DNA from: Micromonosporaceae bacterium
GTDB lineage: Bacteria; Actinomycetota; Actinomycetes; Mycobacteriales; Micromonosporaceae
Length of the DNA: 24,609 nt
Direction: 5' to 3'
NCBI GenBank assembly: GCA_035650075.1
Contig: DASRII010000474.1
Location: 1-24,609, forward strand
In this document: positions 8,207 to 15,595 of the stretch, piece by piece
How the letters are laid out: the number at the start of each line of letters is the position of its first letter
How positions within the stretch are numbered: the stretch's first letter is position 1
Notes under the pieces: generated by a model
Told to the model about the DNA's origin: nothing
The model's input: the letters and a program-made list of their open reading frames with translations, nothing else
The model's database searches: none
Program-made: the position numbers and the translations under genes

Positions 8207-9538
8207 ATGACCGTGGTATTGCGATCGCTCATGGCGGTCGTCCTGGCGGTGGCGTTCGCCGTCGCCGGAGTCTTCCTGTCGACACCGGCGCGGGCCGCGT
8301 CGCTGGTCGAAGTGACCAACTTCGGCACCAACCCGACCGGCCTGAGAATGCACCTCTACGTCCCGGACAACATTCCCGCCGGTACGCGGCCGGCGATACT
8401 CGTCGCGGTGCACTACTGCACGGGATCGGGACCGGCGTTCTTCTCCGGTACGCAGTTCGCCCAGCTGGCCGACCAGTTCAAGTTCATCGTGATCTACCCG
8501 TCGGCGACCCGCAGCGGCAACTGCTTCGACGTCTCCACGCCGAGCGCGCTGACCCACAACGGCAACAGCGACCCGGTCGGGATCGTGTCGATGGTCCGCT
8601 GGGTGATCCAGAACCGCAACGGCGACGCGAACCGGGTGTACGCCACCGGTGCCTCGTCCGGCGGCATGATGACCAACGTCCTGCTCGGCGACTACCCCGA
8701 CGTGTTCAAGGCCGGCGCCGCGTTCATGGGCGTACCGTTCGCCTGCTTCGCCACTACCGACGGCTCGATGTGGAACACCCAGTGCGCCAACGGCCAGCGC
8801 ATCATGACCGCACAGCAATGGGGTGACCTGGTCCGCGGCGCGTTCCCCGGCTATACCGGGCCGCGGCCGCGCATGCAGGTCTTCCACGGTACGGCCGACA
8901 CGACACTGCAGTTCCCGAACTTCGGCGAGGAGATCAAGCAGTGGACCAACGTCCACGGTCTCTCGCAGACGGCCACCTTCACGGACTTCCCGCAGTCGGG
9001 CTGGACCCGCACCCGGTACGGCGGTTCCGGCGTGATGGAGCGCGTCGAGGCGATCCGGCTCGAGGGTGTCGGCCACAGCCTGCCGCTCGCCGGTCAGGCC
9101 GCGATGGCCATCGCGTTCTTCGGCCTGAACACCACACCGACCTCGCCGCCGCCCACCACCTCGCCACCGCCGACGTCTTCGCCGCCGCCGACCACGAGCC
9201 CGCCACCCACGTCCTCGCCGCCGCCCCCTGGTGGTTGCTCGATCACCTACGTGATCACCAACACCTGGCCCGGTAACTTCCAGGCGAACCTGGTCGTCCG
9301 CAACAACCGGACGACGCCTATCACCAACGGCTGGACGGCCACCTGGACTTACACCGGGAACCAGGCGATCTACAACGCCTGGGGCGTCCAGATCACCCAG
9401 TCCGGGCAGAACGTGACCGGGCGGAGTGTGTCCTGGACCAACACGATCCAGCCGGGTCAGACGGTGACCGCCGGCATCCAGGGCACGGTGACGACCGCGA
9501 ACGCGATACCGAGCCCGATCTCCTGCGCGATCAACTGA
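8207..9538 (+). CDS. Secreted esterase of the PHB-depolymerase/LpqC type (CE1-like, a candidate acetylxylan or feruloyl esterase) with a Pro/Thr/Ser linker and a C-terminal CBM2 carbohydrate-binding module.
   Basis: A GAGGAG ribosome-binding site precedes the ATG. The signal peptide is MTVVLRSLMAVVLAVAFAVAGVFLSTPARA/AS. The catalytic serine motif is GASSGGMM. The linker is TTPTSPPPTTSPPPTSSPPPTTSPPPTSSPPPP. The CBM2-like C-terminus is CSITYVITNTWPGNFQANLVVRNN...WTATWTY...SWTNTIQPGQTVTAGIQGT...C. Confidence 0.8.
   Translation: MTVVLRSLMAVVLAVAFAVAGVFLSTPARAASLVEVTNFGTNPTGLRMHLYVPDNIPAGTRPAILVAVHYCTGSGPAFFSGTQFAQLADQFKFIVIYPSATRSGNCFDVSTPSALTHNGNSDPVGIVSMVRWVIQNRNGDANRVYATGASSGGMMTNVLLGDYPDVFKAGAAFMGVPFACFATTDGSMWNTQCANGQRIMTAQQWGDLVRGAFPGYTGPRPRMQVFHGTADTTLQFPNFGEEIKQWTNVHGLSQTATFTDFPQSGWTRTRYGGSGVMERVEAIRLEGVGHSLPLAGQAAMAIAFFGLNTTPTSPPPTTSPPPTSSPPPTTSPPPTSSPPPPGGCSITYVITNTWPGNFQANLVVRNNRTTPITNGWTATWTYTGNQAIYNAWGVQITQSGQNVTGRSVSWTNTIQPGQTVTAGIQGTVTTANAIPSPISCAIN
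9126..9232 (+). repeat. Imperfect short tandem repeats in the coding sequence (CCGCCGCCCACCACCTCGCCACCG...) that encode the (S/T)PPPT linker.
   Basis: A repeated 12-15-nt unit is visible in the sequence and in the TSPPPT repeats of the protein. Confidence 0.6.
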
Positions 9539-9552
9539 TCATCGAAGAAGGT

Positions 9553-9589
9553 GAGAGGCCGGACGCACCCCTCACACGTCCGGCCTCTC
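9553..9589 (+). terminator. Stem-loop after the esterase gene. Thirteen-bp perfect arms GAGAGGCCGGACG and CGTCCGGCCTCTC flank an 11-nt loop.
   Basis: The inverted repeat was read directly. It sits 15 nt after the stop codon and has no U-tract, which is common in high-GC actinomycetes. Confidence 0.55.
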
Positions 9590-9775
9590 CATGCACGATG
9601 CCCCGCCGCCACCCCTCGACCGACAGGGCATCGGCCGTCTCTGCCTGACTCAACGACGCGCCCCACCCCCGGTAACGGGCGATTTCCCACGTTCCCGTAG
9701 GCGGTCGGCGGGCGGTCCACCGAGGACAAGTAGGCTGCGCCGGAGGCGTCCGTTTCCGACAGCGAAGAGGTTCAG

Positions 9776-10954
9776 GTGGACCTGTACGAGTATCAGGGGC
9801 GCGAGTTGTTCGCTCGGCACGGGCTACCCGTGCTGGGTGGCGGCGTCGCCAGCACACCAGAGGAGGCCCGCGCGATCGCGGAGCGGCTCGGCGGCCGGGT
9901 GGTCGTCAAGGCGCAGGTGAAGACCGGTGGCCGGGGCAAGGCCGGCGGGGTGAAGCTCGCGGACAACCCGGACGAGGCCCAGGCGCGTGCGGCCGACATC
10001 CTCGGCATGGACATCAAAGGTCACACGGTGCACAAGGTCATGCTCACCGTCACCGCGGACATCGCTGAGGAGTACTACTTCTCGTACCTGCTCGACCGCG
10101 CCAACCGGACCTTCCTCGCGATCGCGAGCGTGGCCGGCGGTATGGACATCGAGCAGGTAGCCGAGGAGGCGCCGGATCGGGTGGCGAAGGTAGCGGTCGA
10201 CGCGGTACGGGGCGTCGACGAGGCCACCGCGCGGGACATCGTGACGAAGGCGAACTTCCCCGCCGACGTGGCCGACCAGGTGGTCGCGATCGCCGTCAAG
10301 CTGTGGCAGGCGTTCGTGGCCGAGGACGCCACGCTCGTCGAGGTGAACCCGCTCGCGAAGACGCCCGACGGTACCGTGCTGTGCCTCGACGCGAAGGTGA
10401 CCCTCGACGAGAACGCGGACTTCCGCCACTCCGATCACGTGGCGTTCGAGGACAAGTCGGCCGTCGACCCGCTGGAGCAGCGGGCGAAGGAGAAGGACCT
10501 CAACTACGTCAAGCTCGACGGTGAGGTCGGCATCATCGGCAACGGCGCCGGCCTCGTCATGTCCACACTGGACGTCGTGGCGGGAGCGGGCGAAGAGTTC
10601 GGTGGGGTACGGCCGGCGAACTTCCTCGACATCGGCGGCGGAGCGTCGGCGGCTGTGATGGCCAACGGCCTCGAGATCGTGCTGTCCGATCCCGCGGTGC
10701 GGAGTGTGTTCGTCAACGTCTTCGGTGGCATCACCGCCTGCGACGAGGTGGCCAACGGCATCGTGCAGGCGCTGGAGTTGCTGGCCGAGCGCGGTGAGGC
10801 GGTCACCAAGCCGCTCGTCGTACGGCTGGACGGCAACAACGCGGAGACCGGCAGGTCCATTCTGGACAGTGCGAACAACCCGCTCGTGGAACGGGTGGAC
10901 ACAATGGACGGTGCGGCCCGGCGGGCGGCCGAGCTGGCGCAGGTAGGGGTCTGA
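9776..10954 (+). CDS. sucC: Succinyl-CoA synthetase beta subunit.
   Basis: The GTG start gives [19 protein letters not shown], the canonical SucC N-terminus, and the ATP-grasp and CoA-ligase domains continue through the protein. A GAAGAGG ribosome-binding site lies upstream. The stop is 2 nt before sucD. Confidence 0.95.
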   Translation: MDLYEYQGRELFARHGLPVLGGGVASTPEEARAIAERLGGRVVVKAQVKTGGRGKAGGVKLADNPDEAQARAADILGMDIKGHTVHKVMLTVTADIAEEYYFSYLLDRANRTFLAIASVAGGMDIEQVAEEAPDRVAKVAVDAVRGVDEATARDIVTKANFPADVADQVVAIAVKLWQAFVAEDATLVEVNPLAKTPDGTVLCLDAKVTLDENADFRHSDHVAFEDKSAVDPLEQRAKEKDLNYVKLDGEVGIIGNGAGLVMSTLDVVAGAGEEFGGVRPANFLDIGGGASAAVMANGLEIVLSDPAVRSVFVNVFGGITACDEVANGIVQALELLAERGEAVTKPLVVRLDGNNAETGRSILDSANNPLVERVDTMDGAARRAAELAQVGV

Positions 10955-10956
10955 CG

Positions 10957-11841
10957 ATGGCAATCTGGCTCACCAAGGACTCGCGGGTCATCGTGCAGGG
11001 CATGACCGGCTCCGAGGGGTCCAAGCACACCCGGCGCATGCTGCGGGCCGGCACGGCCGTCGTCGGCGGTGTCACGCCGGGCAAGGGCGGCCAGCACGTC
11101 GACTTCGACGGGGTACGGGTACCGGTGTTCAACTCGGTGGCCGAGGCGACGAGCGCGACCGGGGCGGACACGACCGTGGTGTTCGTACCGCCGAAGTTCG
11201 CCAAGGGCGCGGTCGTGGAGGCGGTCGACGCCGGTATCGGGCTGGCCGTGGTCATCACCGAGGGCATCCCCGTCCACGACACCGCTACGTTCTGGGCGCA
11301 CGCCGTCGCCAGCGGCAACCGGACCAGAATCATCGGGCCGAACTGCCCCGGTATCGCGTCCCCGGGCGCCTCCAACGCCGGCATCATCCCGGCCGACATC
11401 ACCGGTCCGGGTCGCGTCGGGCTCGTCAGCAAGTCCGGCACGCTGACCTACCAGATGATGTACGAGCTGAACGACATCGGCTTCTCGACCTGCGTCGGCA
11501 TCGGTGGCGACCCCGTCATCGGTACGACCCACATCGACGCCTTGGCCGCCTTCCAGGAGGACCCGGAGACCGCGGCGGTCGTCATGATCGGTGAGATCGG
11601 TGGCGACGCCGAGGAGCGCGCGGCCGAGTTCATCGAGGCGAACGTGACCAAGCCGGTCGTCGCCTACATCGCCGGGTTCACCGCCCCGCCGGGCAAGACG
11701 ATGGGGCACGCCGGCGCGATCATCTCCGGTTCCTCCGGTACCGCAGAGGCGAAGAAGGTGGCCCTCGAGGCGGCCGGTGTCAAGGTGGGCAAGACCCCGA
11801 GCGAGACCGCCCGGCTGATGCGGGAGGTCATGACCGGGTGA
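10957..11841 (+). CDS. sucD: Succinyl-CoA synthetase alpha subunit.
   Basis: The N-terminus is [25 protein letters not shown]. The CoA-binding motifs are present, and the phosphohistidine-loop region is [21 protein letters not shown]. Confidence 0.95.
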   Translation: MAIWLTKDSRVIVQGMTGSEGSKHTRRMLRAGTAVVGGVTPGKGGQHVDFDGVRVPVFNSVAEATSATGADTTVVFVPPKFAKGAVVEAVDAGIGLAVVITEGIPVHDTATFWAHAVASGNRTRIIGPNCPGIASPGASNAGIIPADITGPGRVGLVSKSGTLTYQMMYELNDIGFSTCVGIGGDPVIGTTHIDALAAFQEDPETAAVVMIGEIGGDAEERAAEFIEANVTKPVVAYIAGFTAPPGKTMGHAGAIISGSSGTAEAKKVALEAAGVKVGKTPSETARLMREVMTG

Positions 11842-11844
11842 TCG

Positions 11845-12120
11845 CTAGCGGGTGAAGACGCCGGTGGCCGCGAAGATGCCGTTGAGGATGATGTTGAGCG
11901 CGCCGGCGGCGATCGCGATCCACCCCAGTACCTGCGACTTGCCGAACTTCTTCGCGTCCTGGATCGAGAGGACGCCGAAGACGATGCCCAGGATGCCGCA
12001 GCAGAGCAGGCCGATGACGATGCCGAGCCAGCCCCACAGCTCGGTCCGGTCGTTGGCGGGAGTGGCGGCCGGGGGAGGCATGGGCGGCGGTGTCGTAGGT
12101 GGTGTCATACCAGGCAGCAT
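11845..12120 (-). CDS. Small membrane protein with a DUF4190-type two-helix domain and a Pro-rich N-terminal tail.
   Basis: 91 aa: MLPGMTPPTTPPPMPPPAATPANDRTELWGWLGIVIGLLCCGILGIVFGVLSIQDAKKFGKSQVLGWIAIAAGALNIILNG. Its stop is only 3 nt from the convergent sucD stop. An alternative ATG start lies at 12108. Confidence 0.55.
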   Translation of the reverse strand: MLPGMTPPTTPPPMPPPAATPANDRTELWGWLGIVIGLLCCGILGIVFGVLSIQDAKKFGKSQVLGWIAIAAGALNIILNGIFAATGVFTR

Positions 12121-12206
12121 AGGGTCAAAGAAGGATTTAAACGGCGAAAACCCGCTCTGGTGTCGTGGGGCCAGCTAGCTCGGCGTTCGTGAAAAAGTAA
12201 TCGGCA

Positions 12207-13463
12207 ATGGCTGCGACCCCAGACCACCCGGTGCGCGCCGCCCAACGCGAGACGGTACGCGTGCCGATCCAGCGCGGTACCGTCACGCGGCGCGGCGGCG
12301 GGGCACCGCTGCCCGTGGCCGCGGTCGTGACGACGGTCTGGGCAGCCGTGCTGTCGGCGCTGCCGGTGGCCGCGGTGGTGACCCTGGCACAGCTCATCGA
12401 CGCGCCATCGGTATCGGTGAACGGCGTTCTCCGGTACGGGCTGGCGGGCTGGCTGCTCGCCCACGGCGTACCGATGCGTACCGGTCTGGGCCCGATAGGT
12501 CTGGCGCCCCTGGCGATCGCGGCGCTCGCGGCCTGGCGGGTGTCCCGCGCCGGCGTGCACACGACGCGGGCGATCGGCGCGCGCCGGACCGGTTCGCCGC
12601 GCCTCGCGGCGAACGCGGCGATCGCGGTCGGGGTGGTGTACGGCCTGCTGGGTGTCGGCGCGGCGTTCGCCTGCCGCGGACCGGAGCTGTCGGTATCGCC
12701 GGGCCGGGCGGGGCTGACTCTCGGCCTGTTCGGGCTCGCGGCCGCCGGCGCGGGGGCGTTGCCGGCCTCCGGCGCGTTCCATCGGTTGGCCGCGCGGACC
12801 CCGGCCGCCCTGCGGGACGGTGCCCGCGCCGGAGTCGTGGCGGCGCTGCTGCTGCTCGCCGCGGGTGCGGTACTGGCCGGAGCGGCCACCGCGGTCAACG
12901 GACGGGACGCGGGAGCGACGCTCGCCAGCTACGACACGGGAGTCGCCGGCCAGGCGGGCCTGACCTTGGTCTGCCTGGCCTACGCGCCCAACGTCGCGGT
13001 CTGGGCGACCAGCTACCTCGTCGGCCCGGGGTTCTCGGTCGGCGTCGACACGACCGTGCGCACGAGCGATGTCACGCTCGGCGCGTTGCCGGCGGTACCC
13101 GTCTTCGCCGGCCTGCCGTCCGGTCCGGTGGGTGGTGCGTGGGTGCTGCTGCTCGGCGCCCCGCTCGCGGCCGGGATGGTGGCGGGCTGGTTGCTCGTGA
13201 GCCGCCGGCTGCGCCTGCTGTCGCGGCGCGCCGAGCCGGCCCTGGGGTGGTGGCCGGTGCTGGGTGCGGCGGCGATCGCCGGGCCCGTGGCGGGCCTCGT
13301 CCTGGGGCTAGCGGCGTACGCGTCGGCAGGCCCGCTGGGCGCTGGCCGGCTGTCTGTCATCGGCCCGGTCGGTTGGCAGGTCGCCCTCGTCGCCACCGCG
13401 GTCGTCGCTTTCGGCGCGGTGCTGGGCGCGGCCGGCGCCCGAGCGGCGATAAGCCACCGCTGA
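12207..13463 (+). CDS. Polytopic integral membrane protein, PerM/Rv0955-like by position and topology. This assignment is unconfirmed.
   Basis: 418 aa and very hydrophobic with at least 10 predicted helices. It sits between sucD and purN, as PerM-type genes do in other actinomycetes. No motif-level confirmation was possible. The opposite-strand ORFs 12105..12782 and 12137..12898 are shadows. Confidence 0.5.
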   Translation: MAATPDHPVRAAQRETVRVPIQRGTVTRRGGGAPLPVAAVVTTVWAAVLSALPVAAVVTLAQLIDAPSVSVNGVLRYGLAGWLLAHGVPMRTGLGPIGLAPLAIAALAAWRVSRAGVHTTRAIGARRTGSPRLAANAAIAVGVVYGLLGVGAAFACRGPELSVSPGRAGLTLGLFGLAAAGAGALPASGAFHRLAARTPAALRDGARAGVVAALLLLAAGAVLAGAATAVNGRDAGATLASYDTGVAGQAGLTLVCLAYAPNVAVWATSYLVGPGFSVGVDTTVRTSDVTLGALPAVPVFAGLPSGPVGGAWVLLLGAPLAAGMVAGWLLVSRRLRLLSRRAEPALGWWPVLGAAAIAGPVAGLVLGLAAYASAGPLGAGRLSVIGPVGWQVALVATAVVAFGAVLGAAGARAAISHR

Positions 13464-13470
13464 AACGTTC

Positions 13471-13506
13471 GTGGGGCGGGCCGCATCATTGCGGCGGCCG
13501 CCCCAC
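13471..13506. terminator. Imperfect GC-rich hairpin (GTGGGGCGGGCCGC-atcatt-GCGGCGGCCGCCCCAC) between two convergent genes.
   Basis: Read directly from the sequence. It lies between the stop at 13463 (+ strand) and the stop at 13538 (- strand). Confidence 0.45.
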
Positions 13507-13537
13507 GGATCGCTCTAAGCCCTACCTGTCGAAGGAT

Positions 13538-13765
13538 CTACCGCGAGACCTGGTAGATGATTCCCCCAATGATGTTGAGGGCCGCGACGGCGAAGCCGAC
13601 GTAGGCCAAGGTGGGCTGCTTGCCAACCTTCTTGGCCTCCATCAGGGAGAGCACGGAGAAGATGATGCCGACGATGGCGCAGCAGATCGAGAAGACGATT
13701 CCGAGTACGCCGTAGAGCGTCGTCTTGTCGTTGCCGGCCGCTACCGGCTGTCCAGGGACCGTCAA
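13538..13765 (-). CDS. Small DUF4190-type membrane protein (75 aa).
   Basis: The sequence is MTVPGQPVAAGNDKTTLYGVLGIVFSICCAIVGIIFSVLSLMEAKKVGKQPTLAYVGFAVAALNIIGGI. The TTG start at 13765 is preceded by GGGAGGG at a 5-nt spacing. It is paralogous to the genes at 11845..12120 and 13862..14482. Confidence 0.6.
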   Translation of the reverse strand: MTVPGQPVAAGNDKTTLYGVLGIVFSICCAIVGIIFSVLSLMEAKKVGKQPTLAYVGFAVAALNIIGGIIYQVSR

Positions 13766-13861
13766 GGTATCCCTCCCATGGGTAACGAAGTAGGACGCCG
13801 ATGATCGTGTCGGGTCCGGGTAGCCGCGTCAAGGCCCAACGCGCGTGCGGGTCGCGACGAA

Positions 13862-14482
13862 TTAGCCGGTGGGAAGGTTGAAGCCACCCAAACCCATCGC
13901 GGCGCCCAGGATCATGTTGGCGATCGCGATGAGGACACCGATGCCGCCGCAGATGATGCCGGCCATTGCCTGGCCGCGGTTGCTCGCCTGTCCCTCGTTG
14001 ACTTTCCGGAGGCCGATGACGCCCAGCACCACGCCCGCGATGCCCGCGATGAGACCGAGGATCGCGCAGCAGATCGCGAGCACGATGCCGATGATCCCGA
14101 AGATCATGCCGAGCATGCCCATCGTGTTGTTCTGCTGACCACCGGTCGGGGCGCCGTAACCCGCGTAGGGTGCTTGCGGGTACGCCGGCACCTGCGGCGC
14201 GTACGGGTCACCCGATGTCGGCTGTGCGGCGTACGGGTCGCCGTACTGCGGCTGCCCGTACTGCGGCGGCTGCGGCTGCGCGTACGGGTCCTGGTAGCCA
14301 GGCTGCTGCCCGTACTGCGGTTGCCCGTACTGCGGCGGCTGGCCGTACTGCGGCGGTTGCTGACCGTACTGCGGCGGTTCCTGACCGTACTGGGGTGGTT
14401 GCCCGTACTGCGGCGGTTGCTGGCCGTACTGGGGTTGCTGACCGTACGGATCCTGCCCGGACGGGTACCCGGGGGGTTGCAT
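13862..14482 (-). CDS. Membrane protein with about 100 aa of N-terminal PQYGQ(Q/P)P heptad repeats followed by a Gly/Ile-rich DUF4190-type two-helix domain.
   Basis: An AGGAG ribosome-binding site lies 6 nt before the ATG at 14482. The N-terminus is MQPPGYPSGQDPYGQQPQYGQQPPQYGQPPQYGQEPPQYGQQPPQYGQPPQYGQPQYGQQPGYQDPY. The C-terminus is MLGMIFGIIGIVLAICCAILGLIAGIAGVVLGVIGLRKVNEGQ... Confidence 0.65.
   Translation of the reverse strand: MQPPGYPSGQDPYGQQPQYGQQPPQYGQPPQYGQEPPQYGQQPPQYGQPPQYGQPQYGQQPGYQDPYAQPQPPQYGQPQYGDPYAAQPTSGDPYAPQVPAYPQAPYAGYGAPTGGQQNNTMGMLGMIFGIIGIVLAICCAILGLIAGIAGVVLGVIGLRKVNEGQASNRGQAMAGIICGGIGVLIAIANMILGAAMGLGGFNLPTG
14230..14450. repeat. Tandem repeat with a 21-bp period (CCGTACTGCGGCGGTTGCTGA and variants), about 9 copies.
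   Basis: The repeat is visible in the DNA and encodes the PQYGQQP heptads of the minus-strand gene. It also produces the repetitive VLRRL ORFs on the plus strand (14174..14557 and 14170..14562). Confidence 0.7.
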
Positions 14483-14522
14483 GCTGGACTCCTTCGACGA
14501 GGGGACAGGTGCACCCTAGCGC

Positions 14523-14813
14523 TTACGCGTTGGTCGAGGCGGCCGCGATCGCTATGACGTAGATGATGCAGCACAGGATGCTGATGCCCCATGCGACGAG
14601 TCCGATGATGAGCGCGAGCTTCGACCACTTCTTGGACTCGGCGGAAGCAGCCTGCGCCCCTGCGTAGTCGCCCTGCTGAAGCAGCGTATTGACCTTCGAC
14701 GCGTTGATGATGGCCGGGATCGCAAGCGGCCAGAACAGGAAGATCGACACAATCGACATCGTCATGTTGTTGTCGACCTGAGGCGGCTGCTGCGGAGGAT
14801 AGCCAGGTTGCAT
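14523..14813 (-). CDS. Small membrane protein of the CD225/dispanin (interferon-induced transmembrane protein-like) type with a short PQ-rich N-terminus.
   Basis: The sequence is MQPGYPPQQPPQVDNNMTMSIVSIFLFWPLAIPAIINASKVNTLLQQGDYAGAQAASAESKKWSKLALIIGLVAWGISILCC. The FxFWPxxIxAI...A.....GD..A motif is typical of CD225. A GGAG ribosome-binding site lies 7 nt upstream. Confidence 0.6.
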   Translation of the reverse strand: MQPGYPPQQPPQVDNNMTMSIVSIFLFWPLAIPAIINASKVNTLLQQGDYAGAQAASAESKKWSKLALIIGLVAWGISILCCIIYVIAIAAASTNA

Positions 14814-14992
14814 AGGGGACTCCGTTGTGAGGGATGTAAAGAGCCGCCCGGAGCGTACTCACCTCCGCAAGCCCGTGTCAGCGTCCTATGTCCGACACGC
14901 CGGTAGCCGAACGGGTAGCGTGTTGCTGATTTGTCGTATTCGGCATCGAGCCGTTGCGGGCGTCGCCGCCGTCCGATCGTTAGGGTGCGGAG

Positions 14993-15595
14993 GTGGCTCG
15001 CCTCGTCGTGCTGGTCTCCGGCTCCGGGAGCAACCTGGCGGCGTTGCTGGACGCCTGCGCCGATCCCGGCTACGGGGCACAGGTCGTAGCCGTCGGTGCG
15101 GACCGGCACGGCATCGCCGGGCTCGACCGTGCCACGGCGGCGGGCGTACCGGCGTTCGTGGACGTCGTGGCGGACTATCCCACGCGCGAGGACTGGGATC
15201 GGGCGCTGACCGTACACACGGCCGAGTACAAGCCGGATCTGGTCGTCTCGGCCGGTTTCCGCAAGCTCGTCGGGGCCGCGTTCCTGGCCGAGTTCGGTGA
15301 CCGCTACGTGAACACGCACAACGCGTTGCTGCCGTCCTTCCCGGGGATCCACGGGCCGCGAGACGCGCTCGCGTACGGCGTCAAGGTCGCCGGGGCCACG
15401 CTGTTCTTCGTCGACGCGGGCGTCGACACCGGGCCGATCATCGCCCAGGTGGCGGTTCCGGTACTCGCCGACGACACCGAGGAGACGCTCACCGAGCGCA
15501 TCAAGGAGGCCGAGCGGCAACAGCTGGTCGAGTACGTCGGCCGCCTGGTCCGCGAGGGCTGGACCATTACGGGAAGAAAGGTCACCATCCCATGA
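14993..15595 (+). CDS. purN: Phosphoribosylglycinamide formyltransferase.
   Basis: The N-terminus [20 protein letters not shown] and the formyl-transferase motifs [12 protein letters not shown] and [17 protein letters not shown] are present. The GTG start follows an in-frame TAG. The stop overlaps the purH start (ATGA). Confidence 0.9.
   Translation: MARLVVLVSGSGSNLAALLDACADPGYGAQVVAVGADRHGIAGLDRATAAGVPAFVDVVADYPTREDWDRALTVHTAEYKPDLVVSAGFRKLVGAAFLAEFGDRYVNTHNALLPSFPGIHGPRDALAYGVKVAGATLFFVDAGVDTGPIIAQVAVPVLADDTEETLTERIKEAERQQLVEYVGRLVREGWTITGRKVTIP

Noticed and set aside
7043-9076. A 677-aa minus-strand ORF spanning lacI and the esterase gene, plus the ORFs 7170..7979, 7438..7803 and 7497..7871.
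   Set aside because: The plus strand carries an unmistakable LacI helix-turn-helix and a signal peptide, esterase and CBM2. The minus ORF is a low-complexity Arg/Gly-rich shadow.
9824-11709. Minus-strand ORFs 9824..10963 (379 aa), 10504..11709 (401 aa) and 10803..11441, opposite sucC and sucD.
   Set aside because: sucC and sucD are unambiguous on the plus strand. The opposite frames are shadows.
14814-14992. Possible ZTP (pfl) riboswitch or other purine-related RNA element upstream of purN-purH, or upstream of folD.
   Set aside because: No GACTGGCG, CCGCCTGGGC-type pseudoknot or other pfl hallmarks were seen. The folD leader is only 30 bp. Only a weak 5-bp hairpin (CACGC...GCGTG) is present. 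An Rfam/Infernal scan of 14814-14992 would settle this.
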